Assembly: GCA_951406725.2 (NCBI GenBank)
Contig: OX597817.1
Coordinates: forward strand, 115,382,001-115,446,000
Length of the DNA: 64,000 bases
Direction: 5' to 3'
Source: Octopus vulgaris
Lineage: Eukaryota
Below are positions 41,238 to 54,346 of the stretch, piece by piece (positions within the stretch are counted from its first letter, which is position 1; each line of letters begins with the position of its first letter). The notes beneath the pieces were generated by a model. That model was not told the origin of the DNA. It was given only the letters and a program-made list of their open reading frames with translations, and searched no databases. The position numbers and the translations under genes were made by a program.

Positions 41238-41744
41238 TATTGTTGTATTTAGGAATGGTCATTTTGCCAGTTTAGCCAATAAAAAAAAAACGCACTATAT
41301 ATTTGGTGTTACTTTGCTTCAGTGTTATTTATTTTTTACATTAATCTTAATCTTATTTCGGCCAGAGTTCTTTCGTCACACTCCTGTGACCGCATCAGTG
41401 GTCCTTTGTTTTCTTCTTACTTATTTGTGTCTCTCCTTACTAACCGTCAGCCATTTTGTATTTCTATTGTTTGTCTTCATTTGCGCATGCTTATATCTCT
41501 ACATGCGTTTATGTTTATTTAGTGTGTGTGTGTGTGTGGGGGATGCCTGTAATATTTGTATCTTCTGTTTATATATGTTCACGTAATTTGTATTGTTTTT
41601 TTTTGTATTACAAATTACATGAACATATATAAACAGAAGATACAAATATTACAGATACAAATAATAACACTGAAGCAAAGTAACACCAAATATATAGTGC
41701 GTGTGTTTTTATTGGCTAAACAGGCAAAATGACCATTCCTAAAT

Positions 41745-41752
<8 letters not shown>
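41238..41752. repeat. Nested inverted-repeat element in TA-rich context, carrying a hammerhead variant
   Basis: Outer arms 41238-41330 and 41660-41752 (ATTGTTGTATTTAGGAATGGTCATTTTGCC...). Inner arms about 41547-41590 and 41606-41652. Confidence 0.9.
41360..41404 (-). ncRNA. Minimal type I hammerhead-like motif with a non-canonical position 9
   Basis: Minus strand: GGACCA CTGATGC g GTCACA-ggag-TGTGAC GAAAG aa CTC TGGCC. Confidence 0.65.
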
Positions 41753-41785
<33 letters not shown>

Positions 41786-41819
41786 TGTATGAGTGTGTGA
41801 GCGTGCGTGTGAAAATAGA

Positions 41820-42298
41820 TAAGGAATCCTCCTTAAAAATGAAATGTAACTATGAAGACATCTGCATTTATATAAATGTAGACGTGCTAACAATAAGCAC
41901 AGGTATTTATATATACTAGAGCAGACAAAGATAAGCACGCTAATGTTTTGGTGCATTTGTTCTTGCATATTTATGAAAATATTTGGGAATATTTTAAATG
42001 TTATCGGAGGTGTTCGAATCTGGTACTTAAAGAGTTACAAGAAATTTTTAATGAGTAAGCGCTTTATACATTAACGAAACAGTCAAATGCAAATTATATA
42101 ACGTTATATAATACTGTCGTCAAATATTATTATTTCATTTTATAATTAACTAGCTTTATTAAGAGGAGATTTATGAAACAATAATGTGTTCACATTTTCA
42201 CCCTGCGAACTGTAACACCTACTACTCTGTTAATATTCGAGTAAATTATAGATTAATTAGCTACCTTAAACTATCGCATAATGATATATTTGCATATG
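41820..42298 (+). repeat. Diverged direct repeat, copy 2
   Basis: Colinear with 35980-36470. Confidence 0.88.
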
Positions 42299-42494
42299 CG
42301 CGCACGCACATACACACACAGATAGATACACATAGATATAAGCATTCATATAAAGCTTGTTGTATGTGCTCTCGTCTCACCCCAATACATGTGCAGCTGC
42401 TCTGTATGTGTCCTCTACACCTTCCCATAATCTCTGTATTTGATATAATGTGTTAATTAAAAAACACTGCACCAACCAATATGCATATCAGTTT

Positions 42495-42700
42495 CAAATT
42501 TCTGCACAAGGTCAGCAATTTGAGGAAAGCGGTTAAGTCTATAACAACGATCCCCGTGCTCAGCTGGTACTTATTTTGTCGACTGCGAATGGATGAATGG
42601 CAAAGTTGATCTCGGCAGAATTTAATTAAGAACGTAAAAACGGACGAAATGCCGTTAAGCGTTGTGCCCTGAGGGCTAATCATTCTGCTAGCTAGCCACT
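42495..42700 (-). mobile_element. SINE family A copy
   Basis: TTTCAAATTTCTGCACAAGG...GGCAAAGTTGATCTCGGCAGAATTT...GCTAATCATTCTGCTAGCT. Confidence 0.75.
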
Positions 42701-43991
42701 TTACCTAATATTTATATTGGCTATCATGATATAGAGATAACCCGTTTTATATTGTTTTATATTTCTACTATACATGAACATATGTTACGTCTTTTATAGC
42801 TGAGAGAAAAAGCAGTAACATGGTATATAACTTCAATCAAAACTATATAAGTGCAGATCTTATATGATAATCACTAAATTAAAAACGGAATATATAATTT
42901 TTTTGTGTATTTACAATGTCTCACGCGTATAGTCGGGCAATAACCGAAATTGACTATAGTTAACGCATTTTTCTTAGTATTTTTCGATTTAATATTGATA
43001 TGACTTGAAGCGGGAAAAGACGAGTCGACGTGGACACTTGCACTTGTTCCAACGAGTTGCTCGAAATAGCACTCAGAACTATTCCAAATCCCACCTTGAT
43101 GTCGTTTTCAGAAGGGACATACTCAATAACGCACCAGGATCATATTAGATGTATGGAAATCGCACACCCATCCAAAAAAGATATGGTTACATCTTTCAAT
43201 CTTAGATCTACTCTAGGTAAGCCAATTGAAGATTATACAAGCAACAATGCAGGCGCAACGTTTAACAGCAGCAACAGTGGCATCAGAAGCAACAATAGTA
43301 ACAACACCACCATAAACAATATCAATAACAACAGCAGTAGCAAAAACAAAAAGGATAGTGGCAAAAATGAAAGCGATAGCCAGCACAATAATGATGTGAT
43401 TGATAAGAACAAGAATTGTAACCATAGCAATAAGAAAACAGCCACTGTAAGAAAACAAATGGTAATAAAAGATAGATCCTTAACTGAAAGCAAATAGACT
43501 TTAGTGCGAAATGATTGATTGAGGATATTCTGAAGACTTTAAGGCTGATGGTTCAGAAAATCCTCGCAAATCAACATTGATTACAAATCATTTATAAATA
43601 TTTAAGAAAACCATGCAACTCAATGTAGATATGATGTAATATATTTCCAGTATCTTTTTTATCGAAAAATGTAGGTATAACTTTATCGACTTTTATATAT
43701 TCTCTCATAACGCTCTATAGAATAAATAATCTTTATATCGATCAAGGCAGCTTATCATTTTTCCATCTACAGAGGAATATTTGAATTTGACAGATTTGTA
43801 TCTCCTTACTATTCTTTGGGTTAGTCAAGTGATGAACACAACCCCAAAGAAAGAAGAGATTCAATTGAAACTGTTCATAATTTTTTCAGTCAACGGAAAA
43901 ATAGGTATATTTGATATGATTTTGTGCATACATACATACATACATACATACATACATACATACATACATACATACATACATACATGCATGT

Positions 43992-44027
<36 letters not shown>

Positions 44028-46590
44028 TACCGTTATTAATATTAATAAGGTAGTGGCTAGCAAGCTCACACAGTTACAGGCACAATATAATCTAAATTTA
44101 GATTCAGTAGTGTATATAGGACCACTTGCTAAAATCACAGTCAAGCCTCCAAAACCATCAGAAACTTACAATAAAGATACACACAAGCACTGCAATGAAC
44201 ATATGATAAATAGGCTTACCTTTGCGTTGAATATATCAGTAAGTAATGTATATTTCAATACCAACTGATTTCACCTTCTGCTTCACCGACATACTCTGAG
44301 ATCTTCAGTTAAGAATACCATTTTAAAATCTATTTCTAAAATATTCACTGCATTAACTCATAGATTTGGTCACCATAATCAAATTATTTGTGCAGGTAAA
44401 ATCTCAACCCTCATATGTCGTCTTCGACGAGAGTTCATCATGTACACACACACATGCTATATATGCATGATAATGCTTATGCTTGTGCATGCATCTATAT
44501 TTATTCCTGTATTATTTTAGTTTTCTGTCATTGGTAACTAACTATACAGTGTCTTCTCCTCCAGAATTTTATTCATTTATACCAGTCTCAATACTCATTT
44601 CAGTCTTACACTGTATCGATCTCTATTGACTTCAGTGCAAATACATCGGTGGAACCGAGGAAACGGCATGTGAAATATACATATGAGTTGGATAACTCGC
44701 AACACGTTCCAGACGCGAATTCCTTAACCATCTTACTCTGTCTACGATTATAAGTATATACAATAGTTAGGTATGATATCTTACATTTGATATTTATACT
44801 TATTTCGATGATTATTCGGAGTCATATATAAAATGATTTTTGTTGAAACTTTGCTGGATTTAGATTCAAGACTAATGTGAATAACTACTGAAACTGCAAA
44901 CAATAAGTTTTTTGTGGTATCAGAAGAAATCAACTATAATCACTTAATTAACATATATTCAAAATCAAGTAATACAACGTAACCTAAACTAAATCTATAT
45001 GAATATATTCGCAGAACGCCTAACGATCCTAAGCCGGTACTACGAGAACATTGCTTGCCATTAAAACTATATGCGTTTTACTCAACTTGGTAGGTCGAAT
45101 GAAGAACAAAAACCAGAATAAAGCTTTAAAAAATGACTTAACATATATAGGACCGAATGTATAGCGATGAATGAATTCTTTGTGATATTAACATGAAATC
45201 AAGATAGTTGCTAGGAAATGCGAGAATATAGTTCTATGTTCATGAATGCCGAAATTGTGGATACGCAGGATGTTTGAAAAAGCCAAATGTGGACGAATGA
45301 CGTTTTTATTTTGCATCCATGAACACATGAAAACTTGTGCAAAGTGGAATTTGAAAGATTTTAAAGAAAAATTCCTTTGCGCTGCGCCACCGATATATTT
45401 CAGAATTTTAAAACATTCTCCCTGCTCACTCGAATTGTTTTGTCTACAATTATTGTTCCACTTTCAGACGGTCGTTTATTTTAAACAAGTCGACTGTCTA
45501 CAGGCCGGGAGCATTTTACGTGCCGCTCGATTAGTTATGTATTGCAGGCAAGTCTCTATCAAATTATAATCTCCTGGAGCATGTAATGTGCTGACGGTGT
45601 AGTGTGTGGTATTCTAAAAGTCAAGATAGTTATATCTGGGACGATTTTTGATATCGATTTGCTCGATCAGAGATCGACTAATTTAAACAATCAGAAGGGT
45701 AACAGCAGCAGCAGTAGCGGCAGAGGCAGCAGCAATGATAAAAGCCCCCCCCCCGCCCAAGACAACAAAAACCAACATATTTTCTCCTCTAAATAGATAT
45801 CATTGATGAAACAAAACTGTTTCTATGATGCCTGATTTTAAAAATACTCTGACTGAGAACGCTATAACTGGCAACGAATATAATACAACACTTTGTTTAC
45901 AAAGCGGGTGCCAATATTTTAAATCATTAGTTGTTTACAAGTCTGTGTATATAAATTTAATTAACATTTCATTTTCTCGAAATGTTTTACTTTAAAAAAA
46001 TACCCAGAAGGAGAGGAAAACTTCAATGGTTACCTATTGTACTGGAAAAGAATAGGACCGTTGGACAATAAGTTGTTTTTCTTTCATATAGCTGGTTGAT
46101 TGCTGTCTACAATTTCATACCGACATTACTGCAAAATCTGCAATAATTATTAGACCTTAGACAGTAATATTATTTTGTACAAAATTCTTTAAGATTAAAA
46201 ATAATGTTTTATATGTGTATGTTTCTGACATATTCATATTTGAAACAGGCTCTGAAAAGTACTTTGATTTACTATTCACTCTTATGCACATACACTGACG
46301 GTCAATAAATACCAATGTCAACTGAAAGAGGTATGTTCTTCTTTAATAATTTATTTGCCAAAAGACAGACATAGTTCTATTTTAAAGTAATTTTCATTCG
46401 CCGATTGACTTCCCTAGCCTTTAATGTCTAGAGGTATTTATTTATTAGGATAATGAAAATGTCTCATAAGTTGCAGTAAGAGTGACAAAATGTCTCTTAA
46501 ACTTGTGTATTGCAAAGTTCGCCAAAGTTGATGTAATTCACTCATTCAGAATTTTCACAGGCACATAGACATAGGTATGTATATATATAT

Positions 46591-46629
<39 letters not shown>

Positions 46630-46679
46630 GATAATATAGGTTACATGAGTGTCCGTTAGTCTGTCGCTCTATACAATAT

Positions 46680-46771
<92 letters not shown>

Positions 46772-46876
46772 CATATGACCGTCCGGTCATTCCTTAATGT
46801 TGAACCTTTTATTACTACACATTTTTATTCTCTTTCCATTTGTTTCCTTCTACCTCCACGTTTTTCCTTCTCAGAC

Positions 46877-46912
46877 CTTTCTATCGAAGAGCGTTGGCTC
46901 GAAATGTCAAAG
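46877..46912 (+). ncRNA. Decayed minimal hammerhead motif in a microsatellite-flanked element (~46775-46985)
   Basis: CTTT CTATCGA a GAGC-gttg-GCTC GAAAT GTC AAAG. Stems I and II are intact, the core is mutated. Confidence 0.5.
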
Positions 46913-47443
46913 ACGTTTCCATTCCCGAGTATCAAGCTAATACTCCTGCTTTTTGTTCCTTTTCCTGTCTTCGTCTTTTGTTTTCTGTGTATATATGTAT
47001 GTGTATGTATATATGTATGCATGTATTATGTATGTATGTATGTTTGTATTATGTATGTATGTTTGTATGCATGAATGTATTTACAAGCTTTTAAGCTAGC
47101 TCCTGTGCATGGCTCTTTATTGGGCCTTGGGCCCAACAATGACACTTCATGCATTCAGTACATATTAAACTCTATTAAACTTGAACAATATTTTTCAAGC
47201 AATGAACAATTTTCATCAAAACAATGATATAATTTGTCGACTTGGAACGTGTTGCAAAGCTGTCTGATAAACAACATTTGTTGTCTTCCCATTCAGGGTC
47301 AGCACAAATAGATTGTTTCCATTCCCTACCTTTGAACGATGAACATATAGCTGGCCGTAGGCAACACTAAACTTACCTTACCTTTTAAAAGTTCAACGAT
47401 AATTCTTCTGCCGCCATTTAATTTAAAGACAATTTAATGTACG

Positions 47444-47649
47444 TGTTGTGTGGCCGCCCCCAGATGATGAAGCAGGCTAGCCCAATACGTGGATATAGAG
47501 GGAGAATTCTAGACGTCGTCAAAGCACAGTAGCAGTCGGAGTAGGAGAGCAGAGTCGAGTTGAGTAGAAGGCATCCGAACGTGCGACATAACAGTGGCGA
47601 CGAGGATGAGATGCACACAAGCCACTGTGTGTAGTATTGTGACATAACA
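47444..47649 (+). mobile_element. Internally deleted LTR-retrotransposon relic (Gypsy-like) with PBS and 5-bp TSD
   Basis: TSD GTACG at 47439-47443 and 47650-47654. Termini TGTTGTGT...ACATAACA. The LTR end GACATAACA occurs twice (ending 47593 and 47649), and the first is followed by PBS-like TGGCGACGAGG. Confidence 0.8.
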
Positions 47650-50249
47650 GTACGTAGGACATTACTTTCCGTACAAAAAATTATCTGTAGTAGCTGATAC
47701 GTATCTAAACTCCTGTTCGTAGTTTGAAGGAAAATTACACCACTGTCGCTAAACACAATTTAAAAGTGTGATTTTATGGCTTGGAATTGCTCTAAACGTA
47801 TGTGACCATAAAGAAGTTTGAAATTTAGTATTTTTTAAGGTAACAATAAAATTAGTCGCATCTGTTTTCATGCAGTCGGAGCGCACTAAGTTTCCATGAC
47901 TCCGACGGCCGACAACATGTTAAATAGGTCCAACAAATTTTATTACTTTCTGAAAAAGTACTAAGTTTCCAACGTTTTAATGGGTGAAAGTTATGAGAGG
48001 TAATATTATATGAACGAGTGTGTTCAATATGTATTTCAGTTCCGACCGTTTTAAAGCACGCAATATGGTTAAATTACTTGATACAGTTATAATATTTAGA
48101 GAAATATTTTTTCAAAATTTCAGCATTAAGAAAAAAAACCAAGAATGTAGAATAGTAGAAAAGTCATTGAATAGTGAGAGGGGGTAAAGCAAGAGGAATA
48201 TATTGTTGTAAGAGAAATCTGACACATTGTGGTGTTTCAACTTAGTGGTATTTCATCAGTTGAAGTCACCCTCGGATCAATGAATCTAAATAACTTTTAA
48301 CAGAAAGAAGAGCAAGCTTTTTACTAGAAGTTTGGTAAATGTCTTGCGTGAGCTTATTTTAAATATTTTCAGCACATATATTTCTATTTCTGTCCATTCT
48401 TATCTAAATTAGATAAATTTATTTTTAAGTATCACCACTCTTCATTCGCTATTCATTATCATCAAATTGAATTTGTAAATGCGAAATATGTTAGAAGGCA
48501 CAGCTAGTGTGTCTTAAAGAAAGTTTATCACAGCATCTATACGAAAGGCAAATGGAATATTTATGTGCTATAAAATGCCTTCTAAATATTAAGTAACTAA
48601 TCTTTTAGTGCTGATACTGTCTTACTAAAACAATGTCACTGAAAACACGAGAATAAGAAATCTGCTGAAAAATAAATGTCTAGTGTATATGAAGCTATAT
48701 AAAACATCACAACGATTATACAATTCTTACTGATAGTTTAATATATATTCTAAATAAGAGAATTATGTGTCCACTATGTGAAAAATTCTATAATTTATCA
48801 ATCGCTTTCTGAAGGGTCTCAAAAGATGTATCTCCATAAATCAGTTGAATAAAATATACATCCGGAATAACATAAATCGTCTAAGATTCAGCATTAAAGA
48901 TAGTAAGGGAAAATAATGACTACTTAATAAACTTTATCAAACGCCAGAAAAGTTCAACCGAAATATATTTCTATGTATTCTTTTTGCCTTCATGTTTCTC
49001 ATCTGTAACCTTTCTTTATATTCCGTTTTACTTCTTTTGCAAGTAACTTTGAAGTAATAAAATTACTGCTATCCAGTGGAGCCTCTCATCCACCTGCGTC
49101 AACGACAGCCTCTTTAAAGCTCTCGAGAGACCTTGTGATTCTGAAAGACTTGCAAATAATCTATTTATTGCATATTGTAACGGTGGTAAACGGGTGAAAC
49201 ACTTCAGAAACATGTCTCGTTCTGATAAGAAATTTCGAAAACAAAAAAAGTCAGTGGAATACAGATCAGGAGCCCAGAGGTTATAGAATTATAATCCCAT
49301 ACAATCCAGAAATTGTGGTTTCCTCATCCTATTCTAAATCAAGTACCCATTTTCCTTTCAGGACCGGGTAAAACTTTATAAAATTGTAAAAATTTAAGAA
49401 TATTTCACAGGCTGTTGTCTCTAATTTACGCGTACAGCTGCTTTTCATCTAATACAATCAACTAATTTCTGAGATAGAAATCTTTAATATTCTATTGTTA
49501 TTATTTTGTTTAAACCTGTCGTTTCTCTTCTGACTATAATATATTATCCAAGGTTTCAAAAGTGTTGCCTCCTACGCTTGCACAGAATCCGTTCACCATA
49601 GGAAGCAACTTTTATGAATAAAGCTTAAGAAAGAACAACCACGTAAGAAACGTTTCTCTATTCAGAGCCTGTTCTCTATATTGTATTTTTGAGTTTATCT
49701 AGCATTTCTAAGAATTCTTACCGAATTAGCCACGGTAAAGTTTGAATAGAAGTCATTTATCGAAACTCACCTTTCTTCAATGGCTTGGATGTATACATCC
49801 GCACCAACATCGACAGAAAAATCAAAGAATTGAAATTTGTTATAATTATGAACTATCGGCAGCATACATTGTTAACAGTCACTTCTTCTCACGTAAACAT
49901 TCTATTATATCAACTCAAACTACCTCGTCTGATTTTGTTCAAGCTCAACAAATGTGATTATTTCCTGAGCCTATCTAGGCTAATAAATCAATAGCCCGAT
50001 ACGATCTTCCTCGATATATCACTCCGCATTCAATGTAGTACTAAATGTTACTATACTCTCTAATAGCATCCGCATATAAAAGAACCTGTTAGAAGCCACT
50101 GTATGTTTTTTTCTATTTGCTAATATTTTTCTAATATTCAAAAATTACACAGCACTGTTTAGAAAAAGGAGAAACATTTATCATATTTTGGCCCAGTCTT
50201 GTAAATTACCTTTACATATTTTAGTTTAAATTTCCTAAATTAACTCTCT

Positions 50250-50353
50250 CTATATTGTTTAAACGTTTGTATTTATCTATATTGTTTAAACGTTTGTATT
50301 TATCTATATTGTTTATCTATATTGTTTAAACGTTTGTATATCTTGTTTAAACG
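50250..50353. repeat. 27-bp minisatellite (CTATATTGTTTAAACGTTTGTATTTAT), about 3 copies plus partials
   Basis: Direct reading. Confidence 0.85.
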
Positions 50354-53300
50354 CTGTTAAAACAATTGCAACAAGATTTTATCTCTTTTATTCAAATGCT
50401 AAGAAATTAAAATTATGTACACGGTACTCTGAATGCCATTCATTAACTTATTCGAATTTATGTGACTGAATCATTTTCCTAAGTTTTTTATGTCTTAATT
50501 ATTTAAGTTTTAACATGATTTCGTAATTCTTTCTTTATATGTAAAAGTCTATGTCTACTATTAAACAATGCTGGGGTAGACTATACTCTGATGATGAGCT
50601 GTAACAGAGCAAAGTATGTACTTGACTATCCCTTGCATGCAAAAGTTGTTAAGGCTTGCCCTTGCTACGTCAACTGATATTGACTGATAAATATATATAA
50701 TTGCTTGAAATTTGCTTTAACATTTGTCACCAGATTTCTTTCTCACAGTAGAATGGACATTTCAGTTAAGATGCATGTATGTACAACAAGTTACTACATA
50801 CCCCACGAACTTATTCAGATCTTTAACATATATATAAAATTTAAGATTAATGAGGCTGACAATAGTTCTGGCGAATCAGGGATGACTAGTAGCTAAACAT
50901 CAACAAGACTTCTTTAATGAGCGGCGCAGAAAGTACCGAGCATATAAATAATTTAAATAACTGAAATTTCCTTCGCTTTTGAATAAATGAAATAAAATCT
51001 TGTCGCATGTGTTAAGAAGTGTTAAATAAAATGAGAGTTAATTTCTAAATTTAAAAATTAATCTTTAACAGCTAGCTGGGACGTGGTTGTCATCTGCAAT
51101 TATACCATCAAGCGAACACCAGAAAAATTTTTAAATACTTTCGAATAAAACATGAAATATAAGGTTTCTGAATGCTCAGATTACAGTCAACTTCCATTGT
51201 TTGCAACTCAACAAGATTTGCAAAGCACTCATACTTAGCATTCTATGATTAAATCGGTTCTGCTCTAGATAATCCTCTTCTTATACTAGCTGCCAATTTT
51301 CCTTCACATTCAAAACTCACGCACCCATCACAATGTTTCCAAAAACCGTTCCTCTCAAGTTGATTTCTATGGCAGCAAGGCTTCAGTCGTTAATACTTGA
51401 AATATGTTCAAGCAGTTTGCTTCAGTACTAGTTAAAAAAAATGTCAGTATTTCCTTCTCTACAAAACCAGCAAACTGACTAATAAAAGAAACCTCCATGA
51501 ATCTTTCAAATACTAGCGAATCACCTGTAATAATATGTTCGCCTAAATCTTTTTTTAGTAAAAGCTTTTAGGACCCTATTGAAAGAGAGAGATATAGGGA
51601 AAGGAAAACAAAGGAATTATACTTTAAATAAATATGTTCATATGTGTGTTGCAATGATGAGAGGAGAGGCGGTGTATCAGATAAATTATAGATATAGATA
51701 TAAGTGACGTGTCATTTTTGGATGATATATTAGGTTTCATAATTCGTAGCAGGTATGAAGATATGCGAACAGCAGTGTGATTCGATTTGCATTTGGTCTT
51801 TTCCAGTCCTCAGAAAGTGTTCAAGATTTCAATATTAACATCTTTCGCCGCAATGTATATATTAGTTTTTGCCCAAATTATCATAAGGCATTGTCAGGGA
51901 TTGCGAAGCATAGATATCTATGGATTTAAGGCTTGCAGCTACCAGCTAGATGAACCACAAGTTTATACAATTTTTGAGATAGTGAACAGAAAATATATCT
52001 AAAAAGATCATCAAAACATCAAATTTGTTTGAAAGTTCTAAGGTTACAATTAGAAAAATTTGCCAAAAATTTACTTAAAAACGGGATTTCACAATTAAAG
52101 TTATATCTTTCAAGTCTTCAAATATTCCTTTGAAAGCGGAGAAAAATGTTATTTCGTTGATATATGTTTTATTGCAGTTGAAAAGGTCAGCTAGTCTGAA
52201 ATGAAGTATGTTTTTGATAGCTGTAAATACAGTGCAGATTTCGTGTGAATTATCTAAACTATATATTGATGATGGCTTGTATGCATGCCGCTAATAAAGC
52301 GTAAATACTAGCGTCAAGAAATTGTGTAAGGTTACCAATATCAGTCAATATGTTGTTTCTAAAACTTTCAGACACATTCCTAAATGGAAGACAGAATGGA
52401 AAATCAAAATATTGGTCCGATACAAAGAAATAGATGAAGTGGGTGTTAAAAGTGTTGGTGTACACAAACAAGGGGCAATATCACAATAATCTTACGACAT
52501 AATAAATGAGAGCAAGATAGCACCTATCGAGAGAAAACTTTGCAAAAAGTCTCTGGTATGAAACAGAGCTAAATGTTTTCTTTTTATCAACAGTATCACC
52601 TTCGATTTTATATATATATATATATTCTTAATAGAAGAAACTCACCGGCGATGATCTTGTAGAGAACAAGAGAGAGAGAAAGAGAGATGGGGAGTAACAG
52701 AGAGTGTGCTTTTTATAATCTAGAGACCTCAATGTAATTTGCATTGCTGTACGCTGGGGAACAAAACTGACATATAGCAAACGTAGAAACTCAAATTAAT
52801 ATTTAAATGACTTATCGTGCTGTGTAATGGTATACCAAAAAGCTATAGAATTCCTAGAAACATAAAATACTTCAAAATTTTGGCTTACATGTACAAAAAT
52901 GAGATCTACTTAAGATTTCAAATAATTTACCATTTATCCAGGATCTTCCAAGCAATCACTTGGATAAAATATTGATAAAAAAACGTAACATGAATTTAGA
53001 TTTATATTAGTAATTATATTTCAGAAGCTGCTAAAGAAGATAAAGTAGATTTTGAAGACTTAACAGAGAAGAAATCTTTAATTGTGAAATCACACTATTT
53101 CGTTCTTAAGTAAATTTTAGGTAATGTAACTTTAAAACTTTCAAACAAATCTGAAGTTTAGATTATCTTTTTAAACAAATTTTCGTTTCCTTTTCTCTGA
53201 AACTGTGTAAACTTCTGGTTCACCTAGCAACACAAATTTATACATGCATTTAATGTGACTGCAGGTTAAAACATAAATATATTAATACTGGTATTTTACT

Positions 53301-54346
53301 TGTATTCCTGCCGTTGAAAATGCACTGTCAACATTTTGAGAAAAAATAAGAATTTTGCGATAAATTTATGAATGGCAAACGATGAGACAGCCATTAATGT
53401 TTTATAAATCACGTTTATCCTGAAAATTATGAATTACAATTTTCAAGATACTAATTATCTGGCCATTTTGTATCCTAGTAAGTTAAACAGATTCCATTCA
53501 ACATGGAGCTTCTGCAATATAAAAACTCAAAATTAAAAACCGATTTAAAACAGTCGGAAAGACGTACTGTTTACTTGTTATAGTAACAAACCATTGGTTA
53601 CATTTTGATTAGGTAGAAAATCGTCAGTACTTTGGGGGTGAATGAAGAAAAGTTTGTGAAACTAATAGCGTTTATACAGATGCTCATGGCAAAAATTAAA
53701 CAACATGGGTTCTAATTGTAATTGAAACTACGTTGCGGTCAGATGAGGCAGACACAATTTACGCTGCTACACCTACACTAGGATATGAAAATAACAGCAG
53801 TCGATGCAATTCAAATATTTAGGCCGGAATTATAAACCAGTTCAATGGTAAATGCTGATAAAACACTTACAAGTAAATATTAGGACTAGAAAGATAATCA
53901 TTGAAATCAACTAGAACCATTATTTCCTGAATTCTCAAATGCGATTTCAAAATTTTCTGTTCGTTTTGTTGCTGGTAAGTGAAGCAGAAATTGTTATTCA
54001 CTTCATTTAGAATAGTAAAATACTAATATAACTAACTCCTTTACAGCATCAACTATATTATAAGTTTTATATACATTAACCATACTACCGACAACGTTAA
54101 AACGGTACATTTACTCTCTTTAATTATAGATTGGAAATTAACGGATATTAAATCATTTCAGTTCGGAAAATTTACGTAAGTATTAAATAAATACAAACGA
54201 TTTTACGGGAGCTATCAACGAAGCAAAAGACATTGTGTAAAGAAACTATTAAAACTCAAGAATATAAAAGATATTTCAAATATACTGTAGAAAAATATGC
54301 TTTATAGAAGTTGGAATTTAAGTCGTTTTTACCATCTCACTCTTGA

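Noticed and set aside
43030-43497. 155-aa N/S-rich ORF
   Set aside because: GTG start; the second half is a decayed (AAC/AGC)n repeat; no recognisable domain.
49021-49290. Ankyrin-like peptide NFEVIKLLLSSGA
   Set aside because: Single short match without the TPLH half, neighbouring repeats or convincing splice sites.
50250-50353. CRISPR-like repeat array
   Set aside because: Head-to-tail minisatellite without unique spacers, in eukaryotic context with no cas genes.
50583-50617. ATACT-CTGATGA...AGTAT resembling an HHR or C/D box
   Set aside because: Lacks the GAAA-stem III-NUH half and a D box.
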